DNA of 64,000 nt from Basidiobolus meristosporus CBS 931.73 (lineage: Eukaryota > Fungi > Basidiobolomycota): NCBI GenBank assembly GCA_002104905.1, contig MCFE01000042.1, forward strand, positions 138,104 to 202,103, in the 5' to 3' direction. Each line of letters starts with the position of its first letter. The first letter of the stretch is position 1. A program made the position numbers and the translations under genes. The notes below the pieces were generated by a model. That model searched no databases. It was not told the origin of the DNA and saw nothing but the letters and a program-made list of their open reading frames with translations. Below, piece by piece: positions 12,781 to 24,234 of this stretch.

Positions 12781-14303
12781 TTACATGAGATGGCGCGTAG
12801 TAAGAATGCCAACTAGGGCTAAGAAAACATACGACACTGTTAATTGAAAAGATCCATTACCAGTTCTTTCGTGACCATGTTGCGCGGGATACTGCTTAGA
12901 TCCGTTACTAGCTATTCCGTGACCGTGTTGTACAGGATACTGAATAGACCCATTGCCAGCTATTCCGTGGCTATGCGGTGTAGGATATTGGATAGATCCG
13001 TTACTAGCTATTCCGTGACCATACTGCGCAGACTGTGTTCGAATTAGTAATCGGCCCACTACTTCTCGTGCAAACTTCAACTTACTAGTGCCAAGCCAAC
13101 GCGTGGCTGAGTACCCATATCATATACGGAATAGAATGATCTTAGGAATACATCGCCAACAATCCATATAGCCTTCAGAAACAGAGCAATTAACATGCAT
13201 CACAACGCTTCTCTATAAATCCTGTTACATACCTCTAACGATCCAGCTGAAGCAAACCCAGACATGCAGACACCTACTTCATCTTGAATAACGTATTGGT
13301 CAGGTGTGAGTGTGAACACCACATCCCCGAGTATGATATCGATGTTGGGATACATGGCATCGCAATCCAGCTGGTACAATCCTGCCGAACTTGTAGGTCT
13401 GCCATTCAGATACTCGACATTGATTAGGGCTGCGTCGCTTTCGGGTATAGTGATCAGACTGGTGCCTGTATCCATAGCCGCCTTTGTGGCGGTAATTTGG
13501 ACGCCAGTGTTGGCGATCGAAACGCCGTTAAGTGGAAGAGTCCAGTAATTCTCTTCAACTACGTCAATCCAGTTGAGCGATCCTGAAAAATGGGATGTGT
13601 CATATCCACCAAATGTCACTTCACCGCTGTCCGGATACCCGCCCAACCACACACCAAACATGCTCGCGTTGACCAAGTTTTGTTCAACCATGTTGTAGAA
13701 GGGTGGGTTAACTCGCATTTGGTTGATTGATGCGAATGCCATGCCAAGGATGCCATCGGCTGTAGAGTTGGCAAAAAAGCTGGACTCTGAGGTTGCCAAA
13801 CCAAACTTTTGTTCATTCAGAGTGATCCCACCAATGGTGCACGTGTCTTGTCCGATCATCCCTGTTAAATTCCCAGTACCATATTGAAGGGAAAACTCTT
13901 TGTCAAATTTATGAAATGTGGTGGATTTGATGGGTTGAAACTTCCTGTGGTTGATACACGCCGCGGAACTGCACCAAACAGACGGCACCCAAAAGTCCGC
14001 ACTTCCCGTGTCAAAAATCACCGTGAACTTTTGCGGAGGTGTCCCTATCGTCACCTCTCCATAATACGACAGATCATAGCTGTTGGTCAACTCGAGGGCT
14101 CCGTTTCGCTTGTGGAGCTTTTGCAGATACGTGCTGTTCTTGATATGCGGGTACTTGTATTGGAGTTGATAAAGCGACTGTTCCAACTGACTACGAATGT
14201 TTCGAGAGGACCGATGTGACTTGAGTTTCATGCGAACAAGGTTGTCACCGCTGACCGCCGATACGGCAAGGCAAAGTGTGGTGAGCAAGAGCAGTGACTT
14301 CAT
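12781..14303 (-). CDS. Secreted pepsin-family (A1) aspartic protease, copy 2, intact, with repeat stalk and hydrophobic GPI-like tail
   Basis: Same signal peptide, DTGS/DTGT and flap. Introns 13173-13232 and 13033-13085. Last exon 12781-13032 encodes four 16-aa repeats followed by [16 protein letters not shown]. Confidence 0.93.
12838..13029 (-). repeat. Coding tandem repeat, 4 x 48 bp ([16 protein letters not shown]-type)
   Basis: Units [16 protein letters not shown] / [16 protein letters not shown] / [16 protein letters not shown] / [16 protein letters not shown]. Confidence 0.9.
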
Positions 14304-15262
14304 GACAAGAACACTCCTGGAATTTGTTGGGAATGGATTCGCACCCGGCACTCTTATACCTGATTCAGACCTTGGCTTGTAGGATAAGAATTTAGCCTCA
14401 TCAGCGATCATCATATCCCGATTCTCACATGGCTGAACATGCCAGTACGGAAAGCAACCAGGTATTACTCTATATCCTTCGGTCCCGGATATTCCAAGTA
14501 TTCTTCAAGTGGCCTATAATGAAAACCAGAGATAAGAGCAAATCTGTATAAGTGATCAGAGTTGTCAAAATTAGCAAATCACTGATCCTACTTTTCCAGG
14601 TTTAGTGCCAATCCTGCGTTGTTGCGATCCTAGAGGTTCTTGTTTATATCTCTAACTAATTTTAAGATTAAATCCGTATATCAATACAACATATATTCCA
14701 TCATAAAGTTACATCTGAAGTTATGTGATGTTGTCCGTGCTTGTTGGTGTTACCACTGTAAACAGTGCAACGATTCCGTTATTTTGATATGAAAGCATTG
14801 GCACTTACATGTTGCTTTCTCACTTCTCTTGATTATTGCTTCGACTGTTGTGGTTCTGCTATCGCCCCGAGAGACGATATTGACCATTAAAAGATTGAAA
14901 TTTGGTTGATAACCAACTGTGGATAATTAATTGTATTTATGGTAACTCCTAAAAATAATCCTCACAAACCTCCGTCACGTAGATTGTCCACGCGTTCGAC
15001 GCGAGCTCAAGCTCAGAGAAGTATACTAGATTTTACTCAACGCACACTTGAGTCCAAGTAAGTATTTATGTCAAGAATACTTTACGTTGCTCTTGGGAAG
15101 TTGACATTGTTGTTCCTTTTTCTGGTTATCTTCCGAGAAGAACGGTAAAAATATTCGAGCCTTTAAATCCCGACTTTTCCTCATTTCTTTTTCAAAAAGC
15201 CACTTCAAAATTCTCTCTCACCATTACAAAGCGAACTTGGATATCCCAATTCAAGACGCCTA

Positions 15263-17613
15263 ATGCGCTCCCAATCTTTCCAGAGCCACACTGAAGGTAT
15301 TCTATACACTATATATTAACTCTCCTTTCAAGTGCTAAGCTTGATATATATATGTATATAGAAGATTTACCTTCGGATGAAGAAAAGCAAATAGAATTAG
15401 CCATAGCCCTTAGTCTTCAAGAGGCAGAGAATCAGGAGAAGCAATCGCTCACTGAGGATTGTAGTGTAGAGATTCTTGACATTTCGCCCCGCAAAATGTA
15501 TCATTCTGATTTTGAGCACGATACAGACGCTAGCTTAGGTACTTGATTGGCCCGATTATCTCATCTGTCCACTTTTTCCTAAGCTCACCTTCACGTTATA
15601 AGACAGGGAGAATGAGATACTAGAATTTGACTTAACTGAACTTGAAGAATTGCCCGACAAAGATGACATAATATCAACTCCAGTGCGGCCGCATTCGAAG
15701 TCAGCATTGAACACTGGGACTCTACATCGCTTTGCTAGCAAGCTTAATGTGACAACTCCAAAATCGAGCCCAATCGACACTGTACATTCAAGCATTTTAA
15801 ACGCACCTTTTGAAGGACGTTCACAGACTTCATCCGGTTCCTCCGGGGCTCAGCCTTTCAAATCGCATAACAACTCGAACACGACGCGTATCTCTTCCAC
15901 ACCGCCAAATTCAAACACGAGGACGCATGCACAGTCTGAGTATTCAACAGCGTGAGTGAAACATCACTGTATGTACATATAAAATCCAACTGGAGTCTGA
16001 TATCATATAAAGATTCAAACCATCTAGAATATTTACCGACGGCGACGACAATTATCCTGAGGCTCGAAATTCATCATCGCCATTGTTTAGTCGATCCTCC
16101 TCAAGAATGATTATTTGTAGTAGTCCCGAAGACAACAGCCTGAACGATTTTGATCTTTTACCACCTAAACTTGCCATTCAGTCACCATTCAAGGGCGGAT
16201 CTCCCAAAGCTGGCGGGCACTCCCTATACAGCCAAAGAAATACAGCCTCTCCCATTTCGCCCAGAGTCACAAAAAAGATGCCAAAAATATTCCCGGACTC
16301 TCCACAAAGTGCGAAGAGACAGTTGTACGACGACAAGTTATCGCTTACTCCGACGAAGAGGCGTCCTGAAAGTGCCTACCATCTCGAGTCTGCCAAAACA
16401 AGATCGTCAATTAAGCGGTCAGAAGAGGTTGAGAGTCCTTCAAAGTATGATAAGGCAAGTTTCCAAGGAAAGATATATGTCGATTTGAGCATCGTATTGA
16501 TTATCACTTTTCAGAAGAGTGATATGATTTCTTGTCCAATATGTCAGAAGGAGTTTTCCAAGAGTGTTGTAGAAGCCCATGCTTCTGACTGTAATGGGCC
16601 AGTGACTCTCGCCACTCTCCGAGGAACAATACATTTGCAGAAAGTTCGTCTGGTAGTTTTGAACCAGAAGGCCAAATCGATATAGACGTCGGCTCCCAGC
16701 GCCCACCACTACCCTCTTCCAGAAGGGGTCAAAGATCTTTTAGAACTGTTGGTGATGGCGCTGATGTATTTCAAATAGCCACGAATAATCATGGGGATGA
16801 TATTGTTGATTTTAGTGATGAAGAGAGCCGGATTTTTGCTCCAGTATCTTCCAAAGGCATTATCCCTGCCCTTCCTCTCTCTCCTAGTAAGCGGTTTCTT
16901 TTGGATATTTTCCTAATACCCTCTTCTAATCATTATCATGGCTTTAAGCCACCTTTGGCCTGGATGATCCATTTGCATCTCACGCTAATTCTGGTCAAAA
17001 CAGAGGGAAAGCCAAGGTTAACGTCGCCAATCCCATCAGCCCTCCGAGAATGCAAACTCGGCTAGCAAAGCATAAAGAAAAGATCGGAAAGAAGGACAGT
17101 TATGGGAATGGTAGTTGTGTATCTAAAAAGCCGCCAAGATCCTTGGGTGAGAGAGCTGTGCCCAACGCTATTGACAGTACAACGCATACTTCGCCATTGT
17201 TACAACCGCAGCCCTTCGACTTTACTATTGATGATTATGAGAATGGGTATGTTTGGGATAGCGCGTCGTCGGAGCATCTGACCCATAATGGCCAGCAAGA
17301 CGCTTTAGCTCAAAATTCAGCTTCTCAAGAGGAGGACGAGGGCTACTCCTCGCCGCTTGAAGGGTTTACCAACTTACATGAGCATACAGATGACCCCGAA
17401 TTGATGAAGTATATGAGCCAGTTCGACGCTTCTACCCGCAAGCGAGCCACAAGGAAGGCAAAAGAGCCACAGCCCGATGATTCATCACCACCAGCATCCG
17501 CCAGCACTAATCGAAAGGCTCAGGGGCGGAGGGGTAAATGGGCAGGCCGACGAAAATGGAAATACCCCAAGAAAAGAGGAGCAAGTGCCTCAAAACCATC
17601 TAATCGAAGGTAG
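15263..17613 (+). CDS. Multi-exon, largely disordered protein with UIM-like and UBZ4-like ubiquitin-binding motifs
   Basis: Probable ATG 15263 and intron 15297-15361 lead to EEKQIELAIALSLQEAE (UIM-like). CPICQKEFSKSVVEAHASDC (UBZ-type C2HC) lies near 16535-16595, with Ser/Pro-rich linkers and a basic C-terminus ending at 17613. Exon boundaries are only partly resolved. Confidence 0.55.
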
Positions 17614-18450
17614 CTCGTCATTGAGATTTATCGGTATTTACTAGTCTCTTCTTGCAAATATGGCTTGAAGCTCTAACTCTTTAAATAGTTCCAATACTGT
17701 GACTTCCTTCTCCGGTGGGGTTAGGGTGCCTCAGCATAACTATTACAACGACGATCCTGGATTTGGCCCCGAGGGTTTCCAATGGGAGACCAAAGGAGTT
17801 GCTGCGTATGCTGGCTGGCGAATGTGATTTCCACATATTGTATTGTTCGCTTTCCCTCCCAAGGAAAGCGAGCGTTGTACCATTTTGTATTGACTAGTAA
17901 TTTTTGAGAAATCTTGGACAAATCTAATGTAGATGCAAATAATAAGATTCCAAACATTCCATTAATCTATCCCGGAAGAGACTGTGACGAGTATCAACTT
18001 TGCTGTCTATCATGAAATTGGCCAAAAAGGGGCTGCTGATGAAAATGGCAAAAACACCACAGTTCCCGTGACACAATACACAAGACAAGATCAATCGACA
18101 ATGCACACACAATCTTGAAATAGCACTGAATCCACCCACAGTTATTCCCAAATATATTCTAGTGTCGGGTCATGCTCAAGGGCGCCAAATCGATTGGATG
18201 GGGGAACCTGTTAATACTATTCAAGCATAAACCATTATCTCCAGGGCGGTGAGGGGATTGAACAACATCAACGGCCAACCTTTTTCTCCTGCACGACTAC
18301 GTGCCTCAAGTCTACTCAGGATTGGTGTATGATCATTCTTCTGGTTACACTGATCCCTCACCAAGCTTGGGTATTTAAATGGTTGATTTGCATCCTGCAT
18401 CAGCACTGCCGCTGAGCACATTCTTCAGGTAACCATAACATTAACTAGTA

Positions 18451-19926
18451 ATGGCCAACGAACTCCACACCCTGGGTGAAGGAAAGCTCACCGGTTGGCA
18501 TCTTCGAGCAATTATCGTGGCCGGGATCGGGTTCTTCACCGATGCTTATGATATTTTTATCATTAATCTGGCGGTGCCCATGATGGGGTACGTCTACTAT
18601 TCCGAGAACAACAACAAGATTCCCAAGCAATACGAAGGTCCATTGAAGGGGGCCACTGCATTCGGCACTCTGATCGGGCAACTGCTCTTTGGCTACCTGG
18701 GAGATCGCCTTGGCAGAAAGAAGATGTATGGTTCAGAGCTGATCATCATTATATTCGCCACCATCTGTTGTGCCATCGCCGGCTCTTGGGCCAAAGGTCT
18801 CAATGTGATCGCAATCCTGGGCTTCTGGAGATTCATTCTTGGTATCGGCATTGGCGGTGATTATCCAGTCTCAGCTGTTATCACCTCAGAGTTCGCATCA
18901 ACCAAACGAAGAGGTATGATGATTGCTGCGGTGTTCGCATCTCAAGGAACTGGAATCCTGGTTGGAGCCTTGTTCACCGTCATCATGCTGGCTATCTTCA
19001 AGGGGGCCATCCGTGCTGACCAGAACAACTTCGACTACGTGTGGAGACTGATGCTGGCGTTCGGATGTGTCCCAGCCATATTCACCGTATACTTCCGGTT
19101 GACCATGCCAGAGTCACCACGCTATACGTTGGAGGTGACTGGAGATGCTGAAAAGGCGGCCTCGGATCTCCGAGGGATCATGGATGTTCCAGACAAGGAC
19201 CACGTTGAAGCTCATGATCATATAGCCAAGGTCGACGGCCCGCAACTGACGTTTGCTCAGCACTTTGGACAGTGGAAAAACATGAAGGTTTTGCTTGGTA
19301 CCTCGTTGTCCTGGTTCTTCCTTGATATTGCATTCTATGGACTCTCCCTCAACCAATCCTACGTCTTGCAAGCCATTGGGTATTCATCGAAAGGCCTCTC
19401 GCCTTATGACGCGATGTGGACGGAAGCCATTGGAAATCTGATCATCTCGTTGATGGGCACTGTTCCTGGATATTGGTTTACCGTGTTCCTTATTGAGCGT
19501 ATGGGCCGTATCAAGATCCAGTTGATGGGCTTTGCCTTGCTTACCATCATCTTCATCGTCCTGTCAGCTGGCTTTTACAAGATTCGAGACACCGCTGTTG
19601 CTCTATTTGTGGCGTTGTTCACTTTGGCTCAATTCTTCTTTAACTTCGGTCCTAACACCACAACATTTGTTCTCCCATCCGAGGTGTTCCCTACCCGCTT
19701 TCGTTCCACAGCCCATGGGATTTCGGCTGCTTCCGGAAAACTAGGCGCCATTGTCGCCACCTTCGGATTCAACCAGCTGGTAGAGATTGGCGGCAAGGAC
19801 GGAGAGCACGCTTTTCTCCCTCAAACTCTTGGAATCTTTGCCGCGATCATGTTCCTTGGATTCTTGTCAACCTTCTGGGTGCCAGAGACCAAGGGCAAAT
19901 CGTTAGAGGAGATTTCAGGCGAATAA
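18451..19926 (+). CDS. PHO84: MFS phosphate:H+ symporter, PHO84-like
   Basis: Intronless 491 aa. GIGFFTDAYDIF, GDRLGRKKMYG, GIGIGGDYPVSA (GDYP phosphate-transporter signature), FFNFGPNTTTF, AHGISAASGKLGAI. Confidence 0.93.
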   Translation: MANELHTLGEGKLTGWHLRAIIVAGIGFFTDAYDIFIINLAVPMMGYVYYSENNNKIPKQYEGPLKGATAFGTLIGQLLFGYLGDRLGRKKMYGSELIIIIFATICCAIAGSWAKGLNVIAILGFWRFILGIGIGGDYPVSAVITSEFASTKRRGMMIAAVFASQGTGILVGALFTVIMLAIFKGAIRADQNNFDYVWRLMLAFGCVPAIFTVYFRLTMPESPRYTLEVTGDAEKAASDLRGIMDVPDKDHVEAHDHIAKVDGPQLTFAQHFGQWKNMKVLLGTSLSWFFLDIAFYGLSLNQSYVLQAIGYSSKGLSPYDAMWTEAIGNLIISLMGTVPGYWFTVFLIERMGRIKIQLMGFALLTIIFIVLSAGFYKIRDTAVALFVALFTLAQFFFNFGPNTTTFVLPSEVFPTRFRSTAHGISAASGKLGAIVATFGFNQLVEIGGKDGEHAFLPQTLGIFAAIMFLGFLSTFWVPETKGKSLEEISGE

Positions 19927-22657
19927 TTAGAAACCCTTCCTCCTCTGTTAATATCCCAATTGAAGTAACATCGTACATAATAAACCATTCACACTTACTT
20001 TTGAAGCAGTTCTATACTTAGAGCAGCATTGGTGATATTATTACTTCCATTCTATCTGCTGATGGCGATAGCTCCAATTGACACCCAAACAGTAAAGGTT
20101 TGGCTGATATATGTGTAGGTGAAGGTGGTTTCGGGGGATGTGTTCATAGTGTTCCGTTTTCATATATTCATAATGCATAATGGTCCGTTTTCATCAGTGA
20201 CTCCACCCTATTTGTAGTTATCAACATCGGGCTGATACCTCGATGATTCTTAAGTATTGTGGATATACTGAATGGGCAATATCTTCGGAACCTAACTTCC
20301 CATTATCATATCTGGCTTTCCACCACAAATATACACACCATCTTTTTTTCAACAATGAAGACACAATCCGAATCCTCCAATCCATGTCCGAATTCTGGCT
20401 GCTGGGTTGGCACAGGCGAATCTAGAAATGCACATGGCAACAGTACGCGAATATCAAAGTTTAGTGAAAATCTCAAATGTCGGACTGAGGGAGCAACGAA
20501 TCCCACTTTTCATGCAAGACGTGCATAGATATAAAGAATCGTTTTGTGGCTGACTGATGTGTTGGTTTGCAGGATATTAGCAAATTGGTGAAGTCCTGGA
20601 TATCATTATTGTCAAATGGACCCAAAATGTGTATACCACTTCAATGAAGATCTAGTAAGCGATATTCCCAAAAATGAGAGGCTTACTCGAACTTTTGAAA
20701 TGCGGCTTGGGGGCCATTGGGCAGCTATTCAGTACAAAGTATTTCAATGATTTGTAGCATCTCATCAGAAGATGATCGCAAGTTACATGTGAAGTTTGAA
20801 TCTTATGTTGCTGATTGTCAGCTTACCACGCAGATTGTAAAACTTGAATCTTAAACATCGACTAATCCTTAGCATAGTTCCTAAAAACATTTTGTTGCAT
20901 TTGTATATTCTCACTAATGGAACCAATATATTATTCCCACTTGATAACGCTTCACAAGCAACGCTATAGCCCCAGCAGCTGTTGTAAATTTGGGATTTAC
21001 ACCTAAATATTTACATTAGCTTGGTCGTCTAGATCATTCCTCTTTGTCGGGGTTCACTTCGAATATTTTCTCCAAAATGCCAGAGTTGGCACACATGTTC
21101 TCGGGGCCTTGCTTGCAAAAGTATTTATACCACTGGCCATTCATTCATATATACCACTGGCCATTCCAATTATTTTTGACTACCGTAATGAACATGATTT
21201 GAATGAATATATATGTTTAGATCTACTCAAATGACCAAATGGGTCAAAGCAACGTTTCCTACTGATTCAATAGGAGTTTTATCCCAAACTTTTTTAACTT
21301 ATCCACTGCATTGGGTGTATCGGTGTATCGGTGTATCAGACAATCACTGTTGCAATTAATTACCATGGACTACCAGATGGAAATGATGGTTTACAAATCA
21401 TCATACGGTGTTCAATATTGCAAAGCAAATCCCTCGACCTATTGCTCTTCCCAATACAGAAGCAATGCCGAGAAAATTAGAACTGATCTGTAATAATGAT
21501 ATGCACTATTGCATTATTCATGTAACACTGGCATTCTTCAGCATCGGTGAATACATTAGATTTGTGAGTTCTCACCGTATAAACCTATCCCACCCTCAAG
21601 GTATCTCATTCCCTAGTAGCATCACCTACCCGATCATGTTCATATCGGGATTAAGCTTTTACAGCTTACGGCGGATCGTGGTGGTTGAAGTTTAAAAGCA
21701 ACTTCCTATGTCATGGAGTAAATCCATGTGGGGAATGGTGGGATGAAACCAGGGCGGTTGAACCAATGGAACTTTGTATGATCTTGGAGACGGATAAGTC
21801 AACCCAGTTAGACCCTAGACCTAATCCGAATGCTGGATTTTATGGCACCATTGAAGTGGACTGAATGGAAACCACACATATCTAGTGGCAACCTTAGTAA
21901 AGATTTCCTTGTCATCTAGCGTTAGAAGTGAAAAGCTGGAATACCTGACAAATTGCTGTAGGCTTATATGGACACAATTACCATGGACAGTAACCGCTAT
22001 CATTCATCGTCTACATTCAGCAACACTCTGAATACAGTTGGCGCAGCGGTGAAGGCGACCTCACCCTTCGTACCAGATACTTTATCGTAAAAAGCACCAA
22101 CGCAGATCTCAGTATCAAGCGATCTGATCATCAACACACCTCTGCGAAACCTGATTCCTCACCAAACGGTGTGATCATATATGTTCTAATTCGAAGATTA
22201 ATGGTGTGATGCAAGTCCCATGTTTCAACACCGGAACCGGCTTGATAGGGAAATCAAGTCCTTCCAATGGCCGCAATAGTAACACCTGGACTGATGTATT
22301 TTCACGCGCTAGTTTGCTGCCATAAAAGGGTACCGATGGTGTGATGTATGCTCGGACCAAGCACTACCATTTGAGGCCCCTCCCAATGCCAAAGATTGTC
22401 AATTTGAAACGGCGAGAAATCCCTTCCATGGCATCATCAATCAAGGTATCTACCATCCGACCTGTGTAACCTGGCTTTGTTAGTATAGATGAGATCTTGG
22501 GAATTGGCAGGGATCAACAAGCAGCGAATGGTGAAAGGCCACACGAGGAATATAACGTTGTTGAAAATCCGGTTTCTCGGTATTCTTGGTATCCGAGGCC
22601 GAACGGTTGATGATATAAATGGGAGGAGGGATCCATTCTTCGTTTTACAACTTCACC

Positions 22658-23941
22658 ATGGCACCAAACATTTTTAGTCGTCTCAGAGGACTTGACGCAC
22701 CAACCGTCGTTGAGAAATCAAAGGTATTCTGCTGACCAGATTCTTTTGCCTGCCAAATTTTTCTGACCTTCGTACCAGGACGCCGTTCGAATCGGAATTT
22801 TAGGCGCTGCTAGGATTGCCCCTCAATCATTGATCAGTCCGGCCGCTGGACTGAGCCAGGTGCTGATTGCTGCAGTGGCTGCCAGAGATATCAAAAGAGC
22901 CGAGGTGGGTCAACAATGCTCCACTGATGTATTAAGCATCTGGTGACCATGTTGACATTTCAATTACTTTCAAAGGAATACGCAGTGAAGCACAGTATCC
23001 CTAAAGCATATGGTAGCTACGAAGAGCTGCTGAATGATACCGAAATTGAAGCCATCTACAACCCCCTTCCTAATGCTTTGCATTACGAATGGACCATTAA
23101 GGCACTTCAAGGTAAAGGGTGCTTGTTTGAGTACTCTCCGAAATCGGGCTAAAATCTTCGCACAGCGGGAAAGCATGTTTTCCTTGAGAAGCCAGCCGCA
23201 TCCAATGGAGAAGAGGCCCAGAGGATCTTGGAGGAATTGCAACAGCATCCGGAATTGGTGATACTAGAGAATTTCCACTATCAATTCCATCCAGCTCTCC
23301 TTCGTTTCCGGGAGTTGGTGAACGACGGAAGGTTGGGTCAGATCAAAAACGTCTCTGCCATCATTCGTTTACCAAATCTGTTCGGTTTGGACGATATACG
23401 CTTCAACTACGACCTTGCTGGAGGAATCAACATGGATTTGGGTTGTTACGCGGTTTCCGCCTTGCGGTTCATCACAAATACCGAGCCACTGCGCGTGCTC
23501 GAAGCAGAACCCACCATAGTGAAAGAAAATGTCGAGGGAGAAATGAAGGCGAAGTTGGAATTTCCAGAGGGTATTACCGGAGAGATTCATGTCTCCATGA
23601 TTGAATCTTGGCTTTCCTTCCGAAACTTTCTCCCATTGCTCACAGTCGAGGGAGAGCAGGGAGAGGCAAGTATATCTGCCTTCGTTCTTCCACACATGTT
23701 CCACACCATCACTTTGAAGAACAAGCGTACTGGTGAAACAGAGTATGAGAAAGTATATGAGGAAGGCCGTTCCTCTTATCAATATTCATTAAAGGCATTT
23801 GCTGACAAAGTGCGTGGAAAGGCTACCGATTACTGGTATCCTTTCGACAAGAGCGTTGGCAATGCGGTCAGCGTCGATAGGATTTATGAAGGCGCTAATA
23901 TGAAGTTGCGTGGAAAGCCGCTGAACCAATCAAATAATTAA
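22658..23941 (+). CDS. Gfo/Idh/MocA family NAD(P)-dependent oxidoreductase
   Basis: Spliced N-terminus AVRIGILGAARIAPQSLISPAAGLSQVLIAAVAARD, then IYNPLPNALHYEWTIKAL, GKHVFLEKP (after an intron), ENFHYQFHP, GGINMDLGCY. About three short introns. Confidence 0.88.
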
Positions 23942-24234
23942 ATCTGCATTTATCCCAAGATTCCCACTCCCCCAGACGAAGCCACTAAATCATCTAGCCC
24001 CAGATCTACTGACAATTAATGGAATTTCCTGAGAGGCTATTGATTACCCACACGCTCCGAATTAACTTTGAATTTACAGAAAATAAAAGGAAAATGCGGA
24101 GCTTATTCTGAGCGTTGGTTGTGATTCATTTCAAAAACCATTTGATTTCATGTAAATTGTAATAATATATAAATTATTGTGAGGATTACGAGGAAGCCGG
24201 TTTGCCATACTACACGCCAAGATTCACCTTCGTC

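Larger units (their letters stand above)
9860..14735. repeat. Tandem segmental duplication (about 9860-11905 and 12660-14735) carrying the aspartic protease
   Basis: Near-identical coding and 3' flanks (ctatccaaaccttc.tctgttctggtgtatt at ~9897 and ~12695). The upstream regions are only patchily similar (ggaaagcaaccag, aagattaaatcc, atctgaag.tat.tgatgtt). Confidence 0.9.

Noticed and set aside
21125-21335. Short repeats TATACCACTGGCCATTC x2 and GTGTATCG x3
   Set aside because: Simple slippage-type duplications in intergenic DNA; no further structure.
22000-22450. Minus-strand fragments resembling a short-chain dehydrogenase N-terminus (FGIGRGL..., YISPGVTIAAIGR)
   Set aside because: Split over frames with stops; similarity is too weak to call without a search.
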